From the NCBI GenBank assembly GCA_964019335.1, contig OZ025742.1, positions 1-64,000 of the forward strand: 64,000 nt of DNA, read 5' to 3'. Shown here in pieces: positions 17,171-27,813 of this stretch (position 1 is its first letter; each line of letters begins with the position of its first letter). The notes beneath the pieces are model-generated. The model was not told where the DNA came from and made no database searches. It worked only from the letters and a program-made list of their open reading frames with translations. A program made the position numbers and the translations under genes. This DNA is from Diplonema japonicum (Eukaryota; Protista; Euglenozoa: Diplonemea).

Positions 17171-20100
17171 ACCAGCAGCGGTCAGCACGCAGGAAATTAT
17201 GGAGAACTTGGTCGCAGCAGGCGGCGATACAACGGGCAATAAAGCTAAGAAACCCACAGCTGCCACCACGGCCCTCCATCTAGAACTGTCTTCCCTCCTG
17301 AAGGCTGTCCAACGCGCGCTGCTGGACAAGGATCTGGAGGGCAGGTCCAAGACCCACGGTCCCGACGGTATCCGACTAAAGCGGTACTGGATCGTCGACT
17401 CGGCCGAGAACGTAGCTGCGGATATCAAGCAGCAGTACACAACTTACAAAAGCCTGTCCCCTGCCACGTACGACTTCCGGGACATGTACACCAACCTCGA
17501 CCAAGGGCGTCTGAAAGAGGGGGTTCGTAAAGCAGTCCAAGAAGCGTTCGACTTTACCGGCAAGAACCTCACCCGTGGCAAGGACGGGAGCTCCTTCACA
17601 GATGCCGACGAGGACGATGTCTACACCCCGGAACGGATCCATAAGCTCCTGGACCTCGTCGTTGACACCTATGTTGTGCAGGGTGGCCGCGCCGTTCGTC
17701 AAGTAAAGGGTATCCCCATGGGTGGGAACGCCTCCCCCGACCTGGCGAACCTGTTCTGCTACGCCGTGGAGGCCGCATACATCGACAAGCTCCTCGCCGA
17801 AGAGGACTGGGAGACCTTGAAACGCTACTGCAACGCGTGTCGCTACATCGACGACTTCCTGTTGTGGAGCACTGCGCCACCCCCGGAGGAGCTTTATGGC
17901 ATGGCTTATGTAAAGACCTCTTCAGACCCATGCGACGTCCCCTTTATCGGGATTCGCATCCGGATAGAGCGCCACGAACAAGCTAAGCACAACTATATTA
18001 GACTTAGCATTAACGATAAGGCGCAGAACTGGCGCTTCCGGCCTACGCGGTTCACCCACGGGCACACCGCGGCGCCCACCACCCAGGGACCAGGCATCTT
18101 CAAGGGCATGGTCATCCGTGCCTGCGCCCTGACCAACAACATCGCGGACCTCAAACGGGAGATCGCTTCAGTGATCTACCTGCTCCTAGATCGCGGTCAC
18201 GACAAGGGCGGCCTGCGGAAAGCGTACAACGCCTTCCTTATCGAACGCGTGGATCGACGCTTCGCCATGGAGAAAAGCAACCTGCTGGCCTTCTTCACGC
18301 AAGTCCTCCACCGATACGACGCCAAAGCCCCGGTAGATTCTTGGTTGCCGGAAAAAACGTACATAGGCCCCAAGAAACCCCGTGCGCTTCCCACGGACGA
18401 CTCCTCGGACGACTCCTCAGCTGACTCCTCAGTCGTCTCCTCAGTCGCCTTCTCGGGGGGCCCCTCAGACGAGCCCTCGGACAGTTCCTCGGACAGCTCT
18501 TCAGGTCTTGTCGAACCGTCACAACCCCGAGCAGCCTCCGTGGTCTCACCATCTGGTGTCACGGACCAGGTTTTTTCGCCCCCCATCAACCTGCACACCA
18601 ACAGCGGGGAAGGTCGCCTGGGCCTGGAATGCGGCTGGGCCGTCATAAACTGGTTGGCGGACTATGCTGGTGTGGACCGCATCCCCTTCTCTACAATGCA
18701 GGAGATCCAGGAGATGTACCACGGCTTCTCACGACTCATCTCCCCTTCCAGCACTGATGAAGCGCCCGATCCTCTTGGCAACTTTTCCCGCTCGACCTTG
18801 TCACGTGCTTGCCTCATGGTCGTTGGTGCAAACTTGGAGGTCTTCCGTGCGGGCATGAAAGAAAGCCCCTGCTTGATCGTTGGTCCCTTGAAACGAAGTC
18901 TCAGCGGCCACTGGTTCATCGCTCTCAGGAAGAAGGGAAGGTACATGGTCAAAGACACCGACGTACGGCTAAGGCTCCAGAGCTTCAAACACATCTGCGC
19001 GACATACTCCGAACACAACATCCTCTGCATCCCAGACGATGTGTGGGCCAGGACAACCCCAGGCAGGAAACACAACACACGTGTTCTAGACCCTGAGGCT
19101 GAGTTTCGCCAGTTTGAGCCGGTCATCACCCCGGCGGCACCCCAGGTAAGCGACTCGAGCGCGCGAAAGACTGAGACCGCTCTCAACACCCCGGAAGATC
19201 GCACCCTCCTAACTTATGTCACCCTAGCTGCAGCTATAGCTACATATGCCGCACGCACCCGACGGCTCGACACAGGAGTCGCCGCATCAGGTGTGGACGC
19301 ACACACCGCTCACTTCGGGCGGCCCGTCGCCACCGCCATCGTAGCCCTAGCTGCCGCCGTGGCCGCGCGAGCCGTGCACACCGGATGCTCTGTCACCACC
19401 ACGTCTACGGCAAGCCAGACTAACGTGGTCGGAACTGTCCCGCTCTTCCTGAAGGTCTCGAGTCTGCACAAGTCTACACCACAGACAGCAGTCGCAACCT
19501 GTCAGACGGACCGTGTCACAGCACCTGTACTGTTCTCGATATCATCGACGCTCCAGACGGATCCTCCCAGCAGTAGACTGCCCCCGATGGACGCCGGACT
19601 GGGGTCGCCCTCGGCCGCGGCGGTCAGACTTACGAAGTCTGTCGAAATTCCGACGCCCCGCGCGACCCTGTCGAGGCGGCCGGTTACTGAGCCTCGGTTG
19701 ACACCATGCCTTCCACCGCCAACGGACGTGTCATCCACCCAGCTCGCGGCCTGCACTCAGTCCACCCGTCGGGACACCGGACACGGGAGTGACACACCGA
19801 TGCCGTCGTCTACCATGGGACACGCGACACTCCAACCAGTGGTCGGCTCCCAGATTGTGACAACGTCGGCTGTGGAGTCATCGCTCGCCCGAGCCGTGAC
19901 AACGCCCGTTCTGGCAGACGCCCCCCTCGGCGCCCGCCAGGTACAGCTCACTCCTTGCATCCAGTCCGTCCATGAGAACATCGGACTCGGGATGGATACG
20001 CCGATGGCTCCCGCCATGGGACACGCGACGCTTCAACCGGTGGTCAACGCCCAGAGAGACACGACGCTGACCCTGGAGCCGCCCGTGGCCCGAGCCGAGG

Positions 20101-21224
20101 CAGACGCTCCCCTAGACCCTCACCAGGCGGATGGTGGTTTAGAAATGATCGACCTCACGCAGGACTCCCCGGACAGACCCTCGCGCAAGAAGAAGCACGA
20201 CGGCACTGCTTACGAACACGAAAGCCGTCGTGGTAAGAGTTCCTCCACAGGCGATGGGGATCTTCTCATCCTGCGCGAGCAGTCACAGGGTTTTGATCAG
20301 GAAGCCCTCAACCGAAGGGCCCTCCAGAGACGGATGGATCGATACCTCAGTCTCTTGGTCTACTTCCGGCGACACCCGGAGCTCTTGGACGAACACCAGC
20401 GTCAGCTCCTGTCGGTCGGTCCCCTCCCGATGCACCTGGACACCTCTCCACATCAACTGCTGCTCGAGGCCCGTGACACGGATAGAACTGCCGACCAACA
20501 GGCAACCGTCGCCAACCAGGAACAGCTTCTTCTGATTGCGCACAAGGCGTTGCCTACCACCGAACGTCTTCGGTTGTCTCACGAATGGCACTCGGGGCTG
20601 AACACCGCGGTACAGCAACAGTGGTGGTCGGAGTTCTTCGCCCAAGGCGGCTGGAAACACCCACTCTTCGGTTCCGAGGCCCCAAGAGGTGACGAGACTA
20701 GGACTCCAGGGAGGACCCCTCTCCTGCTCACCTACAACGGGCAGAGGAACAAACGCCCGGAACCCGAAGACGGCCCCGCCCTTCCCGCGGCCAAACGGGA
20801 TCTCGCCGCGACGAGGCCGAACACCAGAGTCACTGGACTTGTCGCCCTTAAGAGGCTCACCAGGGAAGCAGACGTCGACGGCCCTGAGGACCTGGATGAG
20901 CTTCGACACCTGGGCTTCCTTTCCCAGGGCGAGGCCGTCTTTGACCTCAGCTGCATGTCCAGGGCTTGCACACACTTCCTGGGTGAGACCCCCATGGTCA
21001 CGGTCCCCCTCGACACACGCGTCGCGATCCCGTGTCTGCTGGTCTGTTATGACTCGACGTGGCTCTACGCTTCCCGCCAGGAACAGGGCTTTCGGTTGCA
21101 GACCCAAGGGTTCAAGGACAAGTCGTATCCGACTGTGGCAGCCCTACTCGCTGACTTCGTGGGGGCAGGGACCCTCTACTACAGCGAGTCACAGTGGTCG
21201 ACTGTGCTGAACTCCTACAACTAG
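17171..21224 (+). CDS. Penelope-like element polyprotein, 5'-truncated: PLE-type RT + thumb, Josephin-like protease, low-complexity linker, degenerate second Josephin-like domain
   Basis: YWIVDS, TYDFRDMYTNL, GIPMGGNASPDLANLF, RYIDD, H..APxxQGPGIFKG..IR..L..RG; CGWAVINWL..GNFS..HWFIALRK..D. Confidence 0.85.
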
Positions 21225-21720
21225 GAACTACTGGAGACGACCCTACGCAATGTAGGAGTGCCGGCCCGGCGTGCTACGAGGGCGATAGGCTATGCAGGGT
21301 CTCACAGACCTCGCACCCTATGATTTTAGTTTCCACCTTTTCCTTTTCCACTTCTTGACTTTTAACTTCCCTTCTGCTTTCCCAACATGGTTTCCGTCCC
21401 GGGTATGACGTTAAACTGCGTCCGCCGACACATTTGGGTCAACATTCTCTGATGACCAAGCCGTCTTTTTCCGTTTCTTCTCCCCTTCTCTTTGTTATGT
21501 TATTTTCATTATTCTTTCTGGCGATAGACTGATACGGGCCATGGAAGCAACCTCTGCTTAATTCCTGGTACGTGGGAGGCTCCTCTTGAGGATGTCAGTC
21601 ACCTTTTCCCTTTTTTACTCGACTCTCTGTTTTCGTATGCAGTATTTATTCTTTCCCACCCCTTTTTATCTATTTCTTCGCTTCTTCATCCTAACTTAAA
21701 ACCATTTCAGCTACCTGTCC
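17171..21720 (+). mobile_element. Penelope-like retroelement (RT motifs resemble Naiad/Chlamys-type PLEs); 3' boundary approximate
   Basis: PLE RT signature, no C-terminal GIY-YIG, U-rich 3' region after the stop. Confidence 0.7.
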
Positions 21721-22199
21721 GCACGTCTGGCCGTCTTGTTTACTGCCTTCGCAGTCTTGGCAGTGCGCCTGGCCTCGGCCTCAGCAAGTCTTGGGCTGGC
21801 ACAAATAGGTGAGGTCTGGGGGACAAACGCTAAGTGAACGTTTGTTTCTGAAAACAAGTTCACAAAAGCCTGCGTAGTGTGGACATTGTAGTCATCAAGG
21901 ATGAGTAGGATGGGCTCGGTGGGTGCTCAGCCCGATGACTCGATGAGGTTGTAGCAAAGGGGAGAAACAAATCTTTTACTCAGAGTCGAAGCGTTTCCTG
22001 GGTGGCCCCAGTGAGATTTCGAAGCTGTTAAACTCCAGCCTTTTGAGGGGTGTAGAACACGAGGGACGGACCCGGGGTATTTCCTGCCGCGAGCTGGTTC
22101 TGTTTTTCCCGTGTAAATTAACCCGGGTTTGCCACTTCGTGGGCAGTTTGCCATCAGACAGGGAAACGCAAAACTGTCCGGTGACGGCGCGCTTGTCCC

Positions 22200-22560
22200 A
22201 AATCCCTAACCTTGACAACCTTGGGACCCCTTTTCGTCTTCGTCTTCTTCCCAGCGGCAGCAGCTGGCCATGTTCCAGGCCAACCGGCCTGATTCCTGTG
22301 AACCTCCTCGCTGCTTGGGTGTCTTTGGGGCTGCTAGACTTCCCTATTGTTGGGCGGCGGCTTGTGATGCCATGCTTGGAGCACAGATGGTTGGCCCTCT
22401 GCATTCAGGCAGATTTCCGACGCTGCTACCGGCACCGTTCTGCACTGGATCCAAACAAAGAGCTTTGTTGTTTCTTCCTTGTTCAGAAGAGGCTTGCGAC
22501 CCTCAGTAACAGGTGCGGACCTTGGAGCTACCAAAGCGGTGCTTCCAGTCTGATATACTG
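22200..22560 (-). pseudogene. Possible decayed fragment of an E4-like ORF2 C-terminal domain
   Basis: Weak similarity only: VAASEICL ~ VSAAELAL, RANHLC ~ RANAVC, RFTGIRPV ~ GFNRRPI. Confidence 0.3.
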
Positions 22561-23460
22561 GACATTGGCTCCATGACGCAAACCCGCAAAGCATAAGAAC
22601 AATCCTAAAGCAAGCACAAGAAGTGGTTCGGTTCAACAAGCTTGTGGTAGAAGCGAACAATCAGGATCTGGAAAAGTCCGTAATTCAATTGTCTGATATT
22701 CGTTTGATTTTCTCTTGCTAGTTTCATCTGTTTTCGGGTCCAGCCCTTTAAGAAAGGGGGTCTCAGGAAAAAAAATGTCCGGAAAATATCCGGACCGCCA
22801 GAGCTTCCGGACATTTTATCTTCCGGTGATTTTTGTTTTACAGTAAGTCTTTTATTTTTGCACACGCGGTACTTGAGCTCATAATTTCTTCCACGAACGG
22901 TCGCTTCGGTTCAAAAGAACAGCGGAATCTGAACCTCCCAGGGTTCAAAATTGATTCAAATCCATTTTAACCACGCAGCAACAACAACAGCAGGCACAGC
23001 AACAGATGAAACAGCAGCAGGAAAAGATCCAAGAGAACTAGACAGCAAACGCAACCTTTTTGTCAGATTTTTTGTTGTTTGCTGTATCACAAGCTAGGGG
23101 GTATCTTGTTTTTTAGGATTTGAAATATTCCATTTTTCTTCTCCTGCCGCTTTTTAAGCGCTTCTTTCAAAATTTCTATAAAATAAATATTGTCGTTCCC
23201 TTGTTTCTGTTGTCGTTCCTCCCTCCTCCCTTTCCCACGTGCGGCACTAGGTCACTGCACACGTGTCACTAATTAGTTACTTCAGTCTTTCTTCTCTGTC
23301 TTCCCTTTCTTTTAACCCGCCACAGTGCCTTGCATGATTGTGCCCTGGCTCAAAGACGTTCCTAACTTTGCAATTCTTTCTCCTAGATTCTTCGTATAGC
23401 CCCACTTTCTAGTTTTGAACAACACAACAGCACGCTTTGCTTTAAAAAAAAAAAAAAAAA

Positions 23461-26415
23461 ATGTTACTGATATGGGTGGTGATGAGTTTGGCGGGCCCCT
23501 ATTCACCAACTCCTTCAGGCTGTTCCGGGAATGCTGAGTGCCGAATCGGGTGGGCCTGTATGTGGTTACGGTTTGATGATAATCCAGTTTGTACTGATAC
23601 GAAGTTGTGCGAGAACTACTTATGTGCTGCAGACGAGACTTGTGGTATCATGAGAAACAACTACAGCGTCAATGTTGTTGGCTGTGTGAAGCGGCGTGAT
23701 CCATGCCTTCGCATGTCTTGCGGGGTAGGCGAAAAGTGCTTAGTTCCGTTCAATGACACATCTTCACCCCCTTCCTGCGCTACTGTCGATTTCAATCCTT
23801 GTCGCACTTGGGACTGCAGTTCTGGAAACAACGTGTGCAAGCTCACAAAGGACAACTTCCCGTTCTGCGCTCCCAGCGACCCTTGTTCCACGACGTACTG
23901 TGGTGCGAACCGGTACTGCGACCTCGATGCCTCCTTTGCCTCCCAATGCCTTGAGGAGCCCTGTGTGAATACGACGTGCCCTGCTGGCGAGCACTGCATC
24001 AACATGTGGAACGACGACACGGAGAGGGTCGGGCTTTGCTTTGGCGACACAGAAGCTCCCCCCACCGACGCGCCCGCCACACCAGCACCGCCGGTGACGC
24101 CATGCTACGGGATCACCTGCGAGGTGGGCACGCGATGCGAGGTTGACGTGGCGAGCGGCAGTCCTTCGTGCATCGACATGCCTCTGTGTCCCAACATCAC
24201 GTGTGGTGTGAACGAGACCTGCGGGCTCGTCGTGGTGGGTAAGGAGCAACTGTGCGTTCCGAAGAAAGATCCTTGTGTGGGGAAGTGTGAAGCCTACGGC
24301 TACCTGGCACCAGAGGTCTGTGTTGGCGGAGACTTTAGGGTTCGATTTGCGAATTATTACTCCTGCCTCGACGCTAGCACCGTGGGATGGGATTGTACCA
24401 TCGGAGGGGCATCGCAGCAGGTGTGCTCGGCTTTTGGGATGCGCTGCAGGTTGGATGGGTGGTGGAATGCCTATTGCACCGACCCGGACCCTTGCACCTC
24501 TGTGCGTTGTGGTTCGGATGAGTATTGCGACTTCGATGAGTTCTACAACGCTGTGTGCTTGAAGCAGCCGTGCCTTAACACGACCTGCCCTGCTGGGACG
24601 CACTGTGTGAATGGCTGGGATGAGCTTGTCTTGGTGTGGCAGGCAACCTGTGTGAACGGGACCACGGAGGCCCCTTCCACCCCTGAGCCCCGTTCAACGG
24701 ATGCCCCCACAATGTCGCCGCGCCTCGCACCGTGTGTGAACCACACCTGCGCCTTGGGTTCCCGCTGCGAGATCGACGCTGGCGGCAGTCCTGTTTGCTT
24801 CGACACGGAGCCGTGCAGCAACATGACATGCCGCGTGAACGAAACCTGCGGGATCGACAGGTCTGGGAACGGGTTATGCGTCACGAAGAATGACGCTTGC
24901 TATGACGGGATCGCAGGTAAGGGCCAATGCGCACAGGGGGAGTTCTGCATCAGCCAGTCCACTTCTTCTGGGGAGCCGCACTACTGCGACTCAGACCTCT
25001 TCAACGACCCTTGCAAGGATGTCGTGTGCCCCAGCGATATGCGGTGCAGGGCGGAAGGCTTGGGCAACCCGCTGTGCGCCGTTCCCGACCCTTGTTGGAA
25101 CCTGAGGTCGAATTCCTCTACCTGTAGCTACTCGACCAATATCTGTTACCTTGATAGCTCTTATGACGCTGTGTGCGACTGGAACCCTTGCACCTCGTCG
25201 TCAGGATCCATCTGTCCTTGGGGCAGCCTCTGCAAAGTGAACCCCACTGGTGACTACTACTGTGTGGACTTGGAACCCTGCGGCAAGCTTTCATGTGCGT
25301 GGAACGAGACATGTGCCTTCGACGGAAGCAACCAAGCCAAATGCATCTCGAAAAGAGACCCTTGCGAATATTGCCCCCTGGACTATTGTGAGTTCAACTA
25401 TGAAACAGGCCAAGGGGACATGATGTGTGACCACGCAGCACCTTGGGGTATTGACCTTTGCACGTTTGAGGGTGGGTGCCCGTTGGATGCACCTTGCAGG
25501 AATGGAGAAGCCGGATTTCCTCTGTGCGCTGCCCGAGACCCTTGTTGGAATGTGACGTGCGATGCGGGAAAGTACTGCACCCTTGATTATGCCTCTGGCA
25601 CCGTGTGCTTGGACGGGCCGTGCCTCCACACAACCTGTGCTCCTAATGAGTTTTGCATGGACACTCGGGTAAGAGGGCTAGATTTGTTTGCGAGGTGTGT
25701 GGTGAATCCGCACTGGACAGCTGTCCCCACGCAGTCGCCTCAAGTCAACTCCACAGAAGCACCTGGGGTCAATGCCACAGAAGGACCTGGGGTCAACACC
25801 ACAGAAGCACCTGGGGTCAATGCCACAGAAGCACCTGGGGTCAATGCCACAGAAGCACCTGGAACACAGCCAGCAACGAACACCACAGATGCGGGTCCCA
25901 GTGTAACAGAGGCACCTGAAACTCAGTCACCTGAGGTCAATGCCACGGAGGCACCTACCACTGAAGCATCTACCACAAAGGCACCCGGTACCACCGATGC
26001 ACCCGGAGGGCGGGGAACACAAGAGCCGACAGAGGCACCTGAAAACAGCAGCAGCAACAACTTCCTGTTGGCGATACTGCTGGTGCTTGGCGGGGTGGTT
26101 CTGCTGTGTGGTGCAGTGGGTGGGTTCCTCAGGTGGAAGAAGGTGAAGTCAGAGACACTAACTGCGGACGAACTATTGGTATGGTACACACACCAGGAGA
26201 TGCTTGGCACAGGTTTACGGTATGGACAAAGACATCGAGAGCGAGATGCAGCAAGATCTAGTGGTATGCAACTTTCAAGGGAGGACAACTCAAACCCGAT
26301 GATGCAGCGGGCAACAGGAAAGACAAAACCCGGAATACCAGTTTTTCTGGGGAAGAAAGTTGTTAGATATGGGGGGGTAGCAGCTTTGGGGGCTCTGTCT
26401 TGGGGAGAGGAATAA
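23461..26415 (+). CDS. Cys-rich (follistatin-N/EGF-like repeat) type I membrane protein with TEAP mucin stalk; likely intron 26179-26212, possibly 26264-26307 (stop at 26302 if only the first is spliced)
   Basis: Signal peptide, repeated DPC..vtC....C modules, TM LLAILLVLGGVVLLCGAVGGFL, GT-AG intron at the same position as in the paralog. Confidence 0.85.
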   Translation: MLLIWVVMSLAGPYSPTPSGCSGNAECRIGWACMWLRFDDNPVCTDTKLCENYLCAADETCGIMRNNYSVNVVGCVKRRDPCLRMSCGVGEKCLVPFNDTSSPPSCATVDFNPCRTWDCSSGNNVCKLTKDNFPFCAPSDPCSTTYCGANRYCDLDASFASQCLEEPCVNTTCPAGEHCINMWNDDTERVGLCFGDTEAPPTDAPATPAPPVTPCYGITCEVGTRCEVDVASGSPSCIDMPLCPNITCGVNETCGLVVVGKEQLCVPKKDPCVGKCEAYGYLAPEVCVGGDFRVRFANYYSCLDASTVGWDCTIGGASQQVCSAFGMRCRLDGWWNAYCTDPDPCTSVRCGSDEYCDFDEFYNAVCLKQPCLNTTCPAGTHCVNGWDELVLVWQATCVNGTTEAPSTPEPRSTDAPTMSPRLAPCVNHTCALGSRCEIDAGGSPVCFDTEPCSNMTCRVNETCGIDRSGNGLCVTKNDACYDGIAGKGQCAQGEFCISQSTSSGEPHYCDSDLFNDPCKDVVCPSDMRCRAEGLGNPLCAVPDPCWNLRSNSSTCSYSTNICYLDSSYDAVCDWNPCTSSSGSICPWGSLCKVNPTGDYYCVDLEPCGKLSCAWNETCAFDGSNQAKCISKRDPCEYCPLDYCEFNYETGQGDMMCDHAAPWGIDLCTFEGGCPLDAPCRNGEAGFPLCAARDPCWNVTCDAGKYCTLDYASGTVCLDGPCLHTTCAPNEFCMDTRVRGLDLFARCVVNPHWTAVPTQSPQVNSTEAPGVNATEGPGVNTTEAPGVNATEAPGVNATEAPGTQPATNTTDAGPSVTEAPETQSPEVNATEAPTTEASTTKAPGTTDAPGGRGTQEPTEAPENSSSNNFLLAILLVLGGVVLLCGAVGGFLRWKKVKSETLTADELLVWYTHQEMLGTGLRYGQRHRERDAARSSGMQLSREDNSNPMMQRATGKTKPGIPVFLGKKVVRYGGVAALGALSWGEE
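25744..25863 (+). repeat. 24-bp coding tandem repeat x5 (VNxTEAPG)
   Basis: gtcaa(t/c)..cacagaag(c/g)acctggg units. Confidence 0.9.
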
Positions 26416-27813
26416 AAAAATAATTACGTGCTACGCATCTCATCGTTAAGAACACGAACTTGTTTTGGTCCCTTCTTCCCAAGGAAGAGGCGGGCATCTT
26501 TGCGATACACGCTCAGCCTCTTCCTCCTTTTTTTCTTTACCTTCCACGTCAAGAGAGACAAAAAGAAATAATAGAACGCTTCATATCTCGGCGGGAATGG
26601 GCTCAGCTGCCCCCTTTACCGTCGGTCGCAAACAAGGTTTTTGTTTGGGTCGATAGGCAAAACGGACTTGGCGGGCCTATCTCAGCGCAACATGCACCTA
26701 TGCAGAAGGGCTGCTGCGCGCCAGTCCAGCCCGAAGAACAGACCTGGTAAACTGTGTGGGACACTGTCCTTTTCCACAGCTGGCTGACTAACTTTGCAGC
26801 AAGAAAGGCTACAAAAGCCGCAGGCCCCACCGGTAAGCCCGGAAACGAGAAGGAAAGAGAGGGCACGCTGTCCACGCCTTCAGCATGGCAGTCAAACTAG
26901 CGACAAGAGGCCCCTTTTCTCGTCCACTCAAACAGCGCTCGAGTGATGTTCTTACCGCAGATGAATCCATGGCTGAAAGGCAAACTCCGACAGCCGACAC
27001 CCCCTGGCACCAACCATGGCACAAATACCGCAAAAACTAGTTGATTTTCTGGCCTCTTTTTTCTGACGCCCCATTTTCACAAATCTTCAGAAAACATGAG
27101 GGAACAGTTTTTCCCGGCTCTAGCCAAAATCCCCTTAGAGGGAATCCAGAAAATAAATAAAAATGAAAAAGAAAGAAACCCCCCCCCCCCCCTTCACAGA
27201 TCAACAAGGATGCTACCTACAGCGCCGCATAGTTCGAAGCCCTCAATTGTAGGAACCCATTTTCGCATTCTCTTCCTCATTGAACGCTATGAGGCCCTTC
27301 CCCTTTTTTTGTTGAGTTGCAGCATAGGAGCCCCTCCCCTTTTTTTTGTAAAGGGGTTGTCGTGCTCAACTACTAAGGACCGCAGCGAACACATTCTTCC
27401 TCCCTTTTTTTCCCCCCTCTCGTCTCACTTCCCCCCCCCTCTTTTTTTTTAAAGCGTGCCTCTAGCACGTGTTAAATTATTTGTTTCTTTACTAAAGAAA
27501 TAAAAATGAGAATGAACCATTCTCAAAAAAAAGAAAAGAAAGGGCTGTCTGTATCAGTCTCTGTCGCACTTCTTCTCTCTCGGCAAGCCTCCTTTTTTTT
27601 TTAAATGTCTCTTTTTTTTTTCTGTACTTTATTGGTGTCCGACCGTGCCAATAAAGTCAATAGGTAATACGGTTTGTAAAGAAAGAAAATTGAAAGAAGT
27701 TGAGAAAGCAGATCGCAGAAAAGAGAGCTAAAAGAGGGTAAAAGAAGACATTGAAGTTGACAAGAAGTAAAAAAAAAAAAAAAAAAAAGGAAGCAGAGCA
27801 GAGGACGAGCAGT

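Noticed and set aside
21440-21480. CTGATGA after the PLE ORF as a hammerhead ribozyme core
   Set aside because: No stem II followed by GAAA; the motif sits in a simple ttgggtca/tgaccaa hairpin
22775-22830. Cluster of tccgga palindromes as a transposon end
   Set aside because: No partner TIR or TSD found in the window
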